Virus genome (UHGV): UHGV-0386119
DNA: 6,429 nt
Reading direction: 5' to 3' (one strand)
From: a virus
The position numbers and the translations under genes are program-made. Every line of letters begins with the position of its first letter. Positions within the stretch are counted from its first letter, which is position 1. This document shows, piece by piece, positions 4,231 to 6,429 of the stretch. The notes under the pieces were generated by a model. The model worked only from the letters and a program-made list of their open reading frames with translations, was not told the origin of the DNA and made no database searches.

Positions 4231-6429
4231 ATGTCAAACATTTGGAATGCAACCCTAGAACATAGTAATAATGTAAAGCAGAATACATTTGATTGGACAC
4301 ATATTAACAACTTGACTACTCAAATAGGTCGTATTACGCCTATTCAGTGTGAATTAGTTCCTGCAAAAACATCTTTTCGTGTGAAGCCTATTCCGGCATT
4401 ACAACTTATGCCTATGGTATTTCCTATACAAACACGTATGCGTGCTAGTATTGCTTACTTTCGTTACCCTCTTCGTGCTCTTTGGAAAGATTACAAAGAC
4501 TTTATAGGAAATTTTCGTGAAGGACTTGAGGAACCTTACCACGATTTTCGTAATCAGTCTATGATTGATAATATGTTAGGCACAGGTAAACTTATGGATT
4601 ATCTAGGTATTCCTACTACTATTGTTGGAGACTACGGTAATGTATTATATCAAACTGCACGTCCTATTATGAATGGTAATTCTACAGTTCCGTTTAAACT
4701 TCCTAATGCTTCTGGAGTTCCTAATAATCTAAGCGCCTTGGCTACTGTTGTTTCCGGAAAAACTTTTGATTCCTTGTATACCAAAGGTGATGTTTATGGT
4801 TATCCTTGGATTGTGCAACCTATTCCGCTGGCTCATGCTATTACTGATAAGAGTCAGACTTTAAAGTTTGATACTTATACACTTGGCAAGGTTACTGTTG
4901 ACAAGGTAAAAACCAACTTTTATTATTCCCTGTTTGATTCTAAAGGTGTTGAAAAAGGTACGTTCTCTATGAGTCAAGCTACCATAGAAGGTGATAAGGT
5001 AACTGTTGTGATCCCTGTTAAGCTGTCGGATATTTCTTATATTATGGTCTATGGCTATAATGGTGCAACTAATAATGAACTTATTAATTCCGGTCAGAAT
5101 CTCGAAATGGGTATCTCTTCTCTAGTTTACCCGTATAGCGATCCACAGGTAGCTACAGGTCTTACTGTTGGAACTTCTCCGTATTATAACAGTACATCTC
5201 CGAATAAGGATAAACAGATCAAAATTGCTGCTTATGCTGCGCGTGCTTATGAAGGTATTTATAACTCCGTTTATCGTGACAATCGTAACAATCCATATTA
5301 TATCAACGACGTTGTCCAATATAACCAATGGATTCCAACTTATGAAGGTGGAGCCGATACTCATGCTTATGAACTTCATTATGCTAATTGGGAAAAAGAT
5401 TTCCTTACGACTGCCGTTCAATCACCACAACAAGGTAATGCACCTCTTGTAGGTATTACTACTTATGACCAAGTTACTAGAGTTTGCGATGAACAAGGTA
5501 ACCCTACATTAACGCAGCAGACAAAAGTAGCTATGGTTGATGAAGATGGAAAACGTTACTCTCTTGAATTTGAATCTGATAATGAAGAGTTGAAAGGTGT
5601 CAAATATGTGGAACTTGATAACGGTACAGCCGTTCGTTCTGCACGTTCGCTTTTTGATTTGGTGACTAGCGGTATCTCTATTACTGATTTGCGTAATGTA
5701 AATGCCTATCAGAAGTTTCTAGAGTTTAATATGCGCAAAGGTTACTCATATAAAGAAATCATCGAAGGTCGTTTTGATATTAAAGTGCGTTACGCTGATT
5801 TATTGCTCCCTGAATTCTTTGGCGGCTTCGCTCGTGATATTAATATGAATGCCATTTCGCAAACTGTAGATCAGACTGTTGACGGTGACGGCTCTTACAA
5901 GGACGTTCTTGGTTCGCAAGCAGGTGTAGGATATTTCCGTGGCGGTTCTGATGCTAACATTGAATGTTTCTGTGATGAAGAAAGTATTATTATGGGTTTA
6001 TTGGTAATTACCCCGTTGCCTGTTTATACCCAATTGTTACCGAAACCCTTCTTATATCGTGGTCTCTTGGATCATTTTAATCCAGAGTTCAATAATATAT
6101 CATTCCAACCAATCACCTATAAGGAAGTATGCCCAATTCAGGCGTACAACGCTAATCCTGACTCATTGACGGAAACCTTTGGTTACCAAAGACCGTGGTA
6201 TGAATATTGTCAGCGTTATGATCAGGCTCACGGCTTATTCCGTACTGATTTGTCTAACTTCTTGATGCATCGAGTGTTTGATAAAAAGCCGGAACTTGCT
6301 CAAAGCTTCTTAACAATAGATCCTGACCAGGTTACAGATGTATTTAGCGTTACAGATGTTACGGATAAAGTCTACGGACAGATTTTAATTGATTGCACCG
6401 TAAAACTCCCTGTCGCTCGTGTTGCAATA
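4231..6429 (+). CDS. major capsid protein (Microviridae VP1 / phiX174 F-like), 3'-partial at the window edge (at least 733 aa); wraps to a TAA at 13-15 if the molecule is circular
   Basis: Uninterrupted frame-1 ORF from the ATG at 4231 to the last base of the window. The N-terminus ...FDWTHINNLTTQIGRITPIQCELVPAKTSFRVKP... resembles the conserved VP1 N-terminal jelly-roll strand of gokushovirus/alpavirus capsids. The length far exceeds gokushovirus VP1 (about 550 aa) and is consistent with Bacteroidetes-associated microviruses. Gly/Tyr/Asn-rich beta-rich composition throughout. Confidence 0.88.
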   Translation, partial: MSNIWNATLEHSNNVKQNTFDWTHINNLTTQIGRITPIQCELVPAKTSFRVKPIPALQLMPMVFPIQTRMRASIAYFRYPLRALWKDYKDFIGNFREGLEEPYHDFRNQSMIDNMLGTGKLMDYLGIPTTIVGDYGNVLYQTARPIMNGNSTVPFKLPNASGVPNNLSALATVVSGKTFDSLYTKGDVYGYPWIVQPIPLAHAITDKSQTLKFDTYTLGKVTVDKVKTNFYYSLFDSKGVEKGTFSMSQATIEGDKVTVVIPVKLSDISYIMVYGYNGATNNELINSGQNLEMGISSLVYPYSDPQVATGLTVGTSPYYNSTSPNKDKQIKIAAYAARAYEGIYNSVYRDNRNNPYYINDVVQYNQWIPTYEGGADTHAYELHYANWEKDFLTTAVQSPQQGNAPLVGITTYDQVTRVCDEQGNPTLTQQTKVAMVDEDGKRYSLEFESDNEELKGVKYVELDNGTAVRSARSLFDLVTSGISITDLRNVNAYQKFLEFNMRKGYSYKEIIEGRFDIKVRYADLLLPEFFGGFARDINMNAISQTVDQTVDGDGSYKDVLGSQAGVGYFRGGSDANIECFCDEESIIMGLLVITPLPVYTQLLPKPFLYRGLLDHFNPEFNNISFQPITYKEVCPIQAYNANPDSLTETFGYQRPWYEYCQRYDQAHGLFRTDLSNFLMHRVFDKKPELAQSFLTIDPDQVTDVFSVTDVTDKVYGQILIDCTVKLPVARVAI

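Noticed and set aside
4308-4316. Second phiX-ori-like CAACTTGAC inside the first codons of VP1
   Set aside because: Embedded in coding sequence (HINNLTT) with no adjacent hairpin or AT-rich spacer. More likely coincidence than an origin. Kept only as a cross-reference to the intergenic candidate.
6339-6367. 11-nt direct repeat GTTACAGATGT x2 near the 3' end
   Set aside because: Lies inside the VP1 reading frame and simply encodes a repeated VTDV peptide. No evidence of a regulatory role.
1-6429. Searched for integrase/recombinase, tRNA, CRISPR repeats, peptidoglycan hydrolase, terminal direct repeats (att/dif duplication)
   Set aside because: None seen by eye. No ORF has recombinase or hydrolase motifs, no cloverleaf-like GC segments, and no regularly spaced repeats.

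Overview
The window reads as a complete or near-complete genome of a small ssDNA phage of the family Microviridae (phiX174 relatives). The evidence is nine same-strand, tightly packed CDSs, a rolling-circle HUH replication initiator (VP4-type), a DNA-pilot/minor capsid protein (VP2-type), and a very large single-jelly-roll major capsid protein (VP1/F-type, at least 733 aa) that runs off the 3' edge. The large capsid gene, a total length of about 6.4 kb, AT-rich composition and Bacteroidetes-style promoter motifs (TAnnTTTG) all point to the large-genome, Bacteroidales-associated lineage (Alpavirinae-like) rather than the 4.5-kb gokushoviruses. If the 6429-nt window is the whole circular molecule, VP1 closes across the junction with an in-frame TAA at 13-15, giving 738 aa. 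Gene order is hypothetical 103-aa protein, VP2, terminator, Rep/VP4, four small unrecognisable ORFs (the accessory module), then VP1. I see no integrase, tRNA, CRISPR or lysis enzyme. The items most worth a second look are: (i) the four-gene small-ORF module between rep and capsid, including a 64-aa lipoprotein-like or signal-anchor protein that is a candidate single-gene lysis or superinfection-exclusion factor; (ii) a phiX174-origin-like AACTTGATA motif in the VP2-VP4 intergenic region, as a candidate rolling-circle nick site; (iii) tandem GC-rich hairpins and a (CG/TG)n island in the long non-coding region, as candidate complementary-strand origin or regulatory elements; (iv) N- and C-terminal extensions on the Rep protein.
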